From the NCBI RefSeq assembly GCF_000281045.1, contig NW_008246083.1:495298-515006 (forward strand): DNA of 19,709 nt. Direction: 5' to 3'. The stretch is from Saprolegnia diclina VS20. Its lineage: Eukaryota. This document shows, piece by piece, positions 8,976 through 17,189 of this stretch. The stretch's first letter is position 1; each line of letters begins with the position of its first letter. The notes beneath the pieces were generated by a model, which was given only the letters and a program-made list of their open reading frames with translations, was not told where the DNA came from and did not search any database. The translations under genes and the position numbers were made by a program.

Positions 8976-9513
8976 TTACCACGGTACGACGACCGCGCCG
9001 AGCAGATGCAAGAGGCCGCCCGCATGCCATAGCTCATTGAGGAGCGCAATGGCCTTCGCTGCTTGGCCAGTGCACACAAAGTACACAACGTGAAGCACGA
9101 CAGTGATCGCGTTGTATTGGACGGCGGTCGATGCCTGGTCCATGTACCACGAGGCAACGTCGACAAAGGTAGTGACGACAGGCGAGCGGACAGGAGGATG
9201 CTGCACCGACAGCGCCGCGCCGCCACGGCGTGACGTCTTGCTGATGCAAAGACTTGCAAAGGCGTACGTCATGCGTTGCACCTCTGCGCATGTCGAGCGT
9301 GAGCCACGGACACCTTCGGGCATGTCTGATGGACGCACCGTCTTCGTCGGGAGGCGGCTCGGTGGCTCGGTCGGCGCCTCGCTGCGTCGCCATGCGGGAT
9401 GGCTTGACGCGGGTCCAAGCGAGCACGGCAATGAGGCCAAGGAGAGTCAGCGCCATGAGCTTTGCACCGTGCGGGATGGCCGTCGTGGGGCCGGGTACGT
9501 CGGGGTCGGCCAT
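8976..9513 (-). CDS. Small hypothetical membrane protein; exons 9513-9339 and 9283-8976 (a third exon ending at 8873 is possible)
   Basis: ATG 9513 (MADPDVPG...) is followed by a TM helix (LMALTLLGLIAVLAW). A 55-nt intron at 9338-9284 (GTGCGT...GCTCAC...CGCAG) joins in frame to EVQRMTYAF... and two more hydrophobic segments. The stop overlaps a possible GTAAGA donor. No recognisable family. Confidence 0.5.
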
Positions 9514-9996
9514 AGCACAAAACCAAATGGACGTTTCGCGATCTTGAAGCACATACAATGAATTTCACTCGATTTTTAATTGCACTAAAACCTGTATTGT
9601 ATGGACGCACGCTGCATTTTAATTCCAAACGACCTCAGATTGCACCCAAATATTAATATACGTACCGAGCATTGAGTTTCATTTTGCGCGAGTTGAAGTT
9701 GAGTTTCCGACGCCATCGCCTTTGGTAGATCAAGGCGTTTTGGCGAGGTAGACCATGATGGATGACTGCACCCGCAGCCTTCAGGCCTCCTTAGTATGCT
9801 ATATCTTGCTCTCTTGTGTGCACGGGTCGAGGCTGCACCACAGGAAATGATGCTTGTGTGATGATGAAGACTACCCCCAGAGCACTCGCTGTCGTAGTGA
9901 TGGCTGCTAGTAGCAGAGACTTCAAGGCCTGTGGCAAGACAGTACATGAGAGAGATATTATACTTCAGGTCGTGGTGCTACAGCGATACGAGAGCT

Positions 9997-10341
9997 CTAG
10001 TCGTCGTCGTCGCCGTACCATTCGTCGGCAGCGTCGTATTCGAAGCCTCGAGGCGCGGCGCGACCGCCCGATGACGCCGGAAGCACTTCACCACGCTTAC
10101 CGAGTTGCATGGGCGACTCGCCATACCGCTCTAGAGGCATGCCCTCGGAGGCCAAGCCTCGCCGGAGATCGCGTCGGTCCCCTTGGGTGTCGGGCATCTC
10201 GGGGTTGTGACGAAATTGTCGGACCGCTTGGGCAGCGCGCGCGGCCTTGGCCTCTTCGTGCAGGCGCTGCTTGGCCGCCTCCTCCTTCTCCTTTGCTCGC
10301 TCCTCGCGGCGCGTCGTCTTGGGCGGTCCCTTCCGTGGCAT
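9997..10341 (-). CDS. Small hypothetical charged protein, 114 aa (basic/helical N-terminus, acidic C-terminus)
   Basis: MPRKGPPKTTRREERAKEKEEAAKQRLHEEAKAARAAQ...EYDAADEWYGDDDD. GC-rich island with coding-like codon use (AAG/GAG/GAC) between AT-richer flanks. An INR-like TCATTC lies about 55 nt upstream on the minus strand. Confidence 0.55.
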   Translation of the reverse strand: MPRKGPPKTTRREERAKEKEEAAKQRLHEEAKAARAAQAVRQFRHNPEMPDTQGDRRDLRRGLASEGMPLERYGESPMQLGKRGEVLPASSGGRAAPRGFEYDAADEWYGDDDD

Positions 10342-11168
10342 CGGGGGTTCTGGGCACTGTGGCACAATCTTGACACTATTTTTGCATCGTCTGAATGAAG
10401 GTCTCTCATACTATTCACGTCATGTCGCAATCCAAAATTTCAAATTTCAGCTGTTCCCGCCAAAACGATCGTGATGGTCCTGCAGTGTGCACGTGACGCA
10501 CAAAGCTAATGCATGAATGGGCGCGGGTATAGCTATAGTACTGGGAGCGTAACCACTGAGCTTGAATCGGCCAAGGACAAATCTTTATTGCAGCACGGCA
10601 CAAACAATTGTGAATATTTTGAAAATGTCATTTTGAGGTTGCGAGTCGTATCATTTGAATGTCTATCATAAAGCCCAAGACGCGGCCACTCCTTGCTACC
10701 ACGATAGATCGCTCTGTACAGTGCGCGAAGTTGAGGCCCCATTCTTGGAGCGAGGAGCGTCCGCCACACAGGATGTTCTTTGACAGGCTATACACTATTC
10801 GAGTATACTCTTTGAATAGTCTGAAATCCTTGATTTCGCCAGTGACCCTAGCTGGTGCAAAAAATGCCTCGTGAATACAAATCCTATTTTCAAATTGGTA
10901 TACAAACATGCTGTTTCGGCCTAGAATTAAATGAAACACTTCATTTGTATAAAATAGAACAGGGGACCGGACCTGTTTCGAATTTCTCTTTCTCTAAACC
11001 ATCGCATCCAAGGACTTTCCTCGCAGTTGATTTGCTACAGCTCATGTAATCAATGTTTTACAAGCTGCTATACATCTCAGAGAGGGAAGTACCCCGACGG
11101 GCTAGGACAAGGATCACTGGTGGCAGGCCCCATTTAGGCACTTGCCGATTTCCGGATCAACCAGGACC

Positions 11169-12053
11169 ATGCAGGACGACGCACAGGCCAACAAGGACAA
11201 GGACCGCGTCCGCCGCCACCACTGGATCCCCAAGTACGAGGTCGAGTTCGGCCTCCAGATCGTCGAGCGCCATCCGCACACGGGCGAGGTCATTTTGGCC
11301 GTCTGCGGCCTCTGCAAGGCCTTTGGCCGCGAGGTGCGCGAGAAGGACGAAGAGCCTCTGTCGCCGACGAGCAGCAACCAGCGCAAGCGCCGCCGTGGCC
11401 TCACGACGACCAAGTACTTTCGCTCGTTCCGCGTCGACAACATTCGCAGCCACCTCAGCGGCGCGCATCCCGTGCGCTGGCATGAGTACCAAGTGCTCGC
11501 GAAGAACGAAGAGCTGCGCCGTAGCTTCCTCGCCCAGACGCCGAGCATGGGCTCGCTGAACCTCATGTCGTCGCTGCCCATGACGATGATGGGCATGGCC
11601 ACGGGCATGGACGAAACGAGTGACTTGGATGGCACCGACCCGTCCGTGCTCTCAATGGGCGCCGTGACGCCGTCGGCGCGCACGCCGCCGCCCAGCATCA
11701 AGCGTCAGAGCCCCGCGCCGGTGAACGTGGCCAACATCATGCTCAACAACCCGCACGGAAAGCGCCCGCCGCCGCTCGACCCCAAGACGATCGAGCTCCA
11801 AAAGTACCAGCTCGACTGGGAGCGCCTCGAGTTTGAGCGCATGCGCTTCCAGAAGGAGCTGCAGATGAAGGACCTCGAAGAGAAGCAGCTCGAACGCAGG
11901 CTGCGCCACGAAAAGGAAATGCGCGAGAAGGACCGCGAGCTCGAGCTCGAGAAGGCCAAGATCGAGCAAGACAAGTTCAACAAACTCGTCGACATCCTGC
12001 GCGCGACGCTCGGCAACGCTGCGGCCACCGCGGCCGCGACCGCGATTGTATGA
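11169..12053 (+). CDS. Putative nuclear DNA-binding protein: long-spacer C2H2/BED-like zinc finger, low-complexity linker and C-terminal coiled coil, 294 aa
   Basis: First in-frame ATG is at 11169. Pattern C46-x2-C49-x45-H95-x4-H100 (VCGLCKAFGRE...KYFRSFRVDNIRSHLSGAHPVRW), with NLS-like RKRRR in the spacer. Met/Ser/Pro-rich middle and an E/K/R-rich helix (LEFERMRFQKELQMK...ELELEKAKIEQ). Confidence 0.85.
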   Translation: MQDDAQANKDKDRVRRHHWIPKYEVEFGLQIVERHPHTGEVILAVCGLCKAFGREVREKDEEPLSPTSSNQRKRRRGLTTTKYFRSFRVDNIRSHLSGAHPVRWHEYQVLAKNEELRRSFLAQTPSMGSLNLMSSLPMTMMGMATGMDETSDLDGTDPSVLSMGAVTPSARTPPPSIKRQSPAPVNVANIMLNNPHGKRPPPLDPKTIELQKYQLDWERLEFERMRFQKELQMKDLEEKQLERRLRHEKEMREKDRELELEKAKIEQDKFNKLVDILRATLGNAAATAAATAIV

Positions 12054-12128
12054 ACCGAGGACCCGTCCCCTTTTTTAATGTAGTAAGCGCTCCTGCTCGT
12101 TTGGTTGACGCCGTTGCACCTGCCATAG

Positions 12129-12186
12129 CAGCGATAGAGACTGCGCTGTCCACCGCTCAGCGATAGAGACTGCCCCGTCCACCGCC
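12129..12186. repeat. 29-bp tandem duplication between convergent genes
   Basis: CAGCGATAGAGACTGCGCTGTCCACCGCT followed directly by CAGCGATAGAGACTGCCCCGTCCACCGCC (26/29 identical). Confidence 0.9.
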
Positions 12187-12316
12187 TGTCTCGCTCCCAG
12201 CAACAGGGCTCCGCTGCTAGTAGAGAGAAGAGGTCTCGACGCTCCATCTATTGAGTGCGCCGAGCAGGACCAAAGCAGGGTCGAGCACCGTGGAAGGGAA
12301 GAAGGACGCTTGAGGT

Positions 12317-13853
12317 TTACTCTCGGAACGAAAAGTCCGAGTCGGCGGCGAGGCTCTGGGCGCGGGCGAGGACGGCCATGTGCTGGCTGCCGCACGCACC
12401 CGTCATGACAAAGGCCTGCGAGAGCGCGTCGAGCTGCTTGGGCTGCGCCTGGGGCTGCGTGTCGTAGTGGCCGAGGTAGTTGGAGCTGCCCATGCCGCGC
12501 TTCCCAAACGTGAACGCCGTGCCGTCATCTACACATCCCGAGTGTCTACCGTAGCCAAGACAATGTTGGCGTCGTACCGGCAACGACCAGCGTCGCGCGG
12601 TCGCCACAGGCCACGTCGACGATCTTCTTGTGCTTGAGCGCCGTGATCTCACGCGGCTGCACCCAGAGGTTGGAGCCCCAGATGAAGAGGCGACCGGCGG
12701 CCGAAATGGCCGCGCCGTGCTCCTTGCCCGCGGCAATCTTGACAATGCGCTCGTCTGCGTTATCGCGTCAGTACCCGCTTCAAGCGACGGGCGATTGACG
12801 TACCGTAGAAGCCCGTGATCTCGACAGGAAAGCTCTCCATCGTGTTCATGTCGACCACCATCCCGCCGCCTTCCGAGCCGAGCTGGAAGTCTACAGAGGA
12901 CCGATATGTATGCTACAACGAGAGCTCGGACGTACGGTTGTTCTTGCCCCAGCCAAAGACGCGGCCGTCGTCACGCAGGGCGAGCGTGAACGACCGGCCG
13001 GCCGCGATCTGCACAATGTTGACCTTGTCGAAAAACTCCATCGGCTCAGGGTACTCGAGGCTAATGAGCTCGCCGTTGCCGAGCCGGCCGTTGTCGCCGC
13101 GGCCCCACGACCACACTTCGCCGTCCACCGAGAGCGCGACCGTGTGCGCGTCGCCGCAATCGATCGACGCGATCGGACAGCCCTAGACGCCAATAGGACG
13201 CATCGCACAAGGGTATGTAGCGTACGTCTTCGATAAAGGTCTCGACGAGCGCGGGCACCATCTGGTTCTTGCCCGAAGACGGGCCGAGGCCGAGCGCATT
13301 GTCCGACATGGCCGAGCCGCCAAAGCCCCACGTGAAGACGCGGCCCTCGGCGTCAACGGCCGCAGTGTGCGTGACGCCGCACGAGATGTCGACAATCTTG
13401 ACGTCTTCCAGCGTCTCGAGGAGCGTCGGCGCATCCGCTTGGAGCTTGCTTTCGCCGAGGCCCAATTGGCCCTTCTCGCCACGGCCCCACATGTACACGC
13501 GGCCGTTGTCGTCAACTAGCGCGATGGCGTGAGCACCATCGGGTCATCATATGGACGCTGTACCGGCGGCGCTGTGGTCCTGGCCCAAGGCGAGCTTGGT
13601 CACGTTGATGTTTTGCTCGAGGAAGCTGTCGAGCACCTTGGGCCCAAGCTCTTCGTACTTGCGCGTGATGCCCGACACTTCAAAGGGCCCGACGCCGAGC
13701 TGGCCCACCGAGCCGTTGCCCCAGACGATGACTAGACGCATACGCATTGAGATCACGCAGAAGCGGCGGCCATGTACCGTTGGCGCGGGCCTTGGCGGCC
13801 GTGCTAAAGGCGCGCGGCAGAAGGACGCGCAGGACACGGCGACTGGTCAACAT
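12317..13853 (-). CDS. RCC1-repeat beta-propeller protein with mitochondrial-type presequence (RCC1L/WBSCR16-like); 7 exons: 13853-13778, 13731-13564, 13515-13226, 13182-12936, 12890-12804, 12754-12578, 12528-12317; 418 aa
   Basis: Six GT-AG introns (46, 48, 43, 45, 49, 49 nt) join the fragmented ORFs into one 1257-nt frame. Repeated RCC1 motifs: VWGNGSVGQLG, VYMWGRGEKGQLG, IVDISCGVTHTAAV, IDCGDAHTVAL, VWSWGRGDNGRLG, IAAGRSFTLAL, IAAGKEHGAAI. N-terminus MLTSRRVLRVLLPRAFSTAA is Arg-rich and has no acidic residues. Confidence 0.9.
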
Positions 13854-14364
13854 GACTGGAAGCTGCGATTGTTTCTGCGGCGCTGCCCGCGGTCATCCGG
13901 ATACGTTATGCGGATGACCGTGGATTGGTCGATGCGAAATTCGAAGCGCGCCGATCTTTGGTGCCATCATCGCCCCGCCGCCAGCTCCCGCCGACGTGCG
14001 CCTGTGCATCTCTGTTGCAGGCGCCTACGACGATATTCTCCAATGATGACGCATCGAGCAGCTACAGCGGAGCAGACAATCTGTCTGCACGATGGCAGAC
14101 AGTCCAACGCAGCAGCGTCGACATCGCGGTAGTAGCAGCCCGAAGACCGAAAGGGTCACCACGATTTCAGTACACTCAAGACGTCGGTGGTGGATGGTGA
14201 CAGCAGTAGCCGGTAGACGCACAGTACTGCGGTCTTGGGGCACACTGCCGACGCCGGAAGCGTCCTTGACCAGGGCTATGATCCGTCGAAGTCGACCTGG
14301 CTTCGCGAAGCGCCCCGAGTTCGAAGTTCGAAGCAGGTTGTGGACAGGCGGTGCAGTTTTCAAG

Positions 14365-15342
14365 ATGCAGGTCCTTGACTTTGAGCCGACGACGGTCACG
14401 CTCTTCTGGGCCGACGCCCACGCCTCGGCGTACGAGGTCGAGTGGAAGCACGCGGACGCTGCGGTGTACAACCCGCTGACCTTGAAGAGCACGGTCATGA
14501 AGAAGAAGAACATGGAGGGCGGTCAGAGCTATCACTTCCGCGTCAAGGCCGTTGGCGACGGCGCCTTCTCCGAGCCATTGGTATGGGCGCACCCGGCCAT
14601 TGACGGCGCCCAGCCGCCCGCACCCACGGTCGCCCTCGAGATCATGCCCACGGACGTTCAACTCGCGAGCGCCACGATCCAATGGCCTGCCATCGCCGCT
14701 AGCCCCAAGTACGAGGTGCAGTACGTCCTCATGGACGGCGCGTCCGAGTGGACGACGGCGACGAGCACGGTCGCGTCGACGGCGATCAAGAAGAAGAACC
14801 TCGCTAACCCGGGCCGCCCGTATGCGTTCCGATACCGCGCCTACGGTCTCGACAGCTGGGGCGTTTGGAGCCGAGCGGCTGGGCCCATCATGCCGCCGAC
14901 GCCGGCGCTGGCGCTCGCCAAGGCGCTTGCACCGTCGCTCCTCTCGACGACCGGTGATCGTGTGCCGTCCGCGACCTTGGGCGGCAAGGTCATCGGTCTC
15001 TACTTTAGCGCGCATTGGTGCGGCCCGTGCCGGCAGTTCACCCCGATGCTCGCGCAGTTTTACCAGTCGATGAAGCGCCTCGGGCGGCCGTTCGAAGTCG
15101 TGTTCGTCTCGGCCGACCACGACGCCAAGCAGTTCACGAGCTACTTCCGCGACATGCCGTGGCTTGCGGTGCCATACGAGAGTGCGGAGCGCGAAGAGCT
15201 GCAAGAGACGCACCAGATTCAGGGCATCCCGACCTTCAAGATCCTCAACAGCGCCGGCCAAGTCGTCGACAACGACGCCCGACAGCGCCCAATGAACGAG
15301 CAAACGTTTGATGCGTGGTATGCCCAGTGCTACCGCCACTAA
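14365..15342 (+). CDS. Nucleoredoxin/tryparedoxin-like thioredoxin-fold oxidoreductase fused to two N-terminal fibronectin type III domains, 325 aa
   Basis: KVIGLYFSAHWCGPCRQFTP..FEVVFVSAD..MPWLAVPY..IQGIPT is a nucleoredoxin-type Trx domain (WCGPC at 15016-15030). Two FN3-like repeats: VTLFW..YEVEW..KKKNM...YHFRVKA and ATIQW..YEVQY..KKKNL...YAFRYRA. The ORF from 14092 to 14364 lacks codon bias, so I took ATG 14365 as the start. Confidence 0.88.
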   Translation: MQVLDFEPTTVTLFWADAHASAYEVEWKHADAAVYNPLTLKSTVMKKKNMEGGQSYHFRVKAVGDGAFSEPLVWAHPAIDGAQPPAPTVALEIMPTDVQLASATIQWPAIAASPKYEVQYVLMDGASEWTTATSTVASTAIKKKNLANPGRPYAFRYRAYGLDSWGVWSRAAGPIMPPTPALALAKALAPSLLSTTGDRVPSATLGGKVIGLYFSAHWCGPCRQFTPMLAQFYQSMKRLGRPFEVVFVSADHDAKQFTSYFRDMPWLAVPYESAEREELQETHQIQGIPTFKILNSAGQVVDNDARQRPMNEQTFDAWYAQCYRH

Positions 15343-15496
15343 GCTTGGAATCGGACATGTCCTCGTTCCGTACCCTAAATCGGTTTCATCTTCCAGCTTC
15401 AAGTCTAGGAAAATGCAAGTTTGGGAAAAGGCAGCTCCAAAGCGACAGGGCAACGCGTAAAAACGAGGTTGGTAGCGCGGGATCCGCTGTTGGATA

Positions 15497-15514
15497 GCTC
15501 ATTCTTGCATTTGC
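15497..15514 (+). promoter_or_regulatory. Oomycete INR+FPR core promoter of the elicitin-like gene
   Basis: GCTCATTCTTGCATTTGC is a near-perfect INR (TCATTCT) plus FPR (CATTTGC), immediately before ATG 15519. Confidence 0.8.
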
Positions 15515-15518
15515 CGCC

Positions 15519-16088
15519 ATGAAGCCCCACTGCTCCGCCCTCCTCTTCCTCGCGACTGCCATTGTTGCCGCCGGCCCCTTGGCACCGTGCGACCAAGCGC
15601 AGCTCATTGCAGCGACAACACCCGTCAACTCGGGACCGGCCGCCAAGGCATGCTTGACCAGCGCCTCGATCAAGGACATGCAAGCTCTCTTCAACGCGCC
15701 GCTGACGCCCACGCAGGCCTCCCTCTTCACAAAGAGCCCCAAGTGCCAGACATGGTACTCGGCGTACACAGGTGTCCTCGCGAATGTCACGCCCTGTGCG
15801 ATGCCCAACGGCCTCGACGTTCGAGCGATGGCGACCGTACCATTCGCTAGCTTCTTGCCCGAAATGCAAAAAGCGGCTAATGCGACCAAGGCATCAAATG
15901 CAACAACAGCGCCGCCGTCAAACAGTGCCGTCATCGCTCCTGCTGGCAGTTCTGCCTCTGATAATGCACCGTCGCCGACCAAGACGACGACTACAGGGCC
16001 TCGAGCGGTTGTCAACACGACGTCGACGGCAGCCTCTTGGACCATCTCGGTGGCAACGGTGACAGCAGCCGCTGTACTCTACTGGTAA
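15519..16088 (+). CDS. Elicitin-like (ELL) secreted protein, probably GPI-anchored, 189 aa
   Basis: Signal peptide. Mature Cys pattern C24-x20-C45-x30-C76-x16-C93 with elicitin-like context (PLTPTQASLFTKSPKC). Ser/Thr/Ala/Pro-rich stalk and a hydrophobic C-terminal tail (SWTISVATVTAAAVLYW). Confidence 0.75.
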   Translation: MKPHCSALLFLATAIVAAGPLAPCDQAQLIAATTPVNSGPAAKACLTSASIKDMQALFNAPLTPTQASLFTKSPKCQTWYSAYTGVLANVTPCAMPNGLDVRAMATVPFASFLPEMQKAANATKASNATTAPPSNSAVIAPAGSSASDNAPSPTKTTTTGPRAVVNTTSTAASWTISVATVTAAAVLYW

Positions 16089-16196
16089 CTTGGTGCATGA
16101 AGACAGCACGCAATGACATTGTCCTTTTCTTGCTTCTTTCAGTTGGACTCGTGGGTCGCCTAAGAAGCACTAGTACACAGATAGGGTCTGGAGAGT

Positions 16197-17189
16197 TTAT
16201 GCATACAGGCCAACAACGGCCATGGCAGCCGACCCGAGGTATAGCGCCGTGTAGTTGAAGGACCGGCCCCACGTCGGTCGCGCATGGAACTCGGGGCTGA
16301 TCGTATACTGGTACGTAAGAAGCTCGACGAGACCCGTGTAGACGAGGATGCCACCAGCCACCGCGTCCAGAACGCCGCGGACCCAGAGCGACACCATCGA
16401 CGTCTCGCTGTACGAGCCCGAGACGAGGATGCCGACAAGAATCCCGAGCGGCGTCGTGATCGAGTACCCCATGGCCGTAAAGAGCGACGCGCGCAGACTC
16501 GTAAAGGCCGAGACCGCCGACGTGCCGACAGCGATGCCTTCAAAGAACTGGTGGAAGCAAAGCGCAATGAGCAGCGTCGTGAACGTTGCACCGGACGTCA
16601 CGCCGAGTTCAAAGCCGATGATGACCGAATGAATCGCCACACCCACCTCGAAGATGGCGACAGTAATCTTCTGCCGCAGCGCCGAGTTGCCTGCGACAAG
16701 GCGCCCGTGGCCGTGCGCGAGGTGGCCATGCCCCGAGAGCTCGGACGATGTATGGTCGGCGTAGCCAAAGCTGTGCTTCCCCGACTGCAAGATGACGGCG
16801 TCTTCGTCGACAACGTGGCCGCGGGACATGAGGATCACAAGCTCCGTCTCAAGGAGCTGCATGACGTAGATGGTCGCGAGCACGACGACCATCGCGAGCC
16901 CGCTGTACTCGACGCCGAGGCATGGATCGCTGAGGGTGGCCATGGCGGGCGGGATCATGTGGATAAAGGCGGTGGCAATGACGACGCCAAAGCCGAACGA
17001 GTTGAGGACCTCGATCGCGCGCCGGCTATTGCGGAGGCACGCGACGAACGAGCTCACGACCGGGAGCATACTGCCGAGCAGCGAGGCCGCAAAGATGATG
17101 CCGACAGCGGCATAGTGCATCGGGTGGTCGTACTCGCCGTCCATCTCGATCGGGGCTCCGCACGCAGCGTCGTCCGTAAGGAGGCGCAT
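16197..17189 (-). CDS. ZIP (ZRT/IRT-like) zinc/iron permease, 330 aa, intronless
   Basis: FGFGVVIATAFIHMIP, His-rich loop GHGHLAHGHG, TM4 FEVGVAIHSVIIG, TM5 FHQFFEG, TTPLGI, GILVYTGLVELL. Start placed at ATG 17189 because an INR-like TCACTTT lies at 17225-17219; the 17444 extension looks non-coding. Confidence 0.95.
   Translation of the reverse strand: MRLLTDDAACGAPIEMDGEYDHPMHYAAVGIIFAASLLGSMLPVVSSFVACLRNSRRAIEVLNSFGFGVVIATAFIHMIPPAMATLSDPCLGVEYSGLAMVVVLATIYVMQLLETELVILMSRGHVVDEDAVILQSGKHSFGYADHTSSELSGHGHLAHGHGRLVAGNSALRQKITVAIFEVGVAIHSVIIGFELGVTSGATFTTLLIALCFHQFFEGIAVGTSAVSAFTSLRASLFTAMGYSITTPLGILVGILVSGSYSETSMVSLWVRGVLDAVAGGILVYTGLVELLTYQYTISPEFHARPTWGRSFNYTALYLGSAAMAVVGLYA

Noticed and set aside
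10500..11060. AT-richer stretch with short ORFs (10533..10769, 10628..10939), a possible transposon relic
   Set aside because: I saw no transposase or RT motifs, TIRs or target-site duplication. It is best explained as a divergent promoter region.
12129..12186. 29-bp repeat as a CRISPR-like array
   Set aside because: Two adjacent copies with no spacer, no cas genes and a eukaryotic context.
14300..14333. TTCGCGAA and TTCGAAGTTCGAA upstream of the nucleoredoxin gene, a possible heat-shock element
   Set aside because: Only one correctly spaced TTCnnGAA pair; there is no three-unit HSE.
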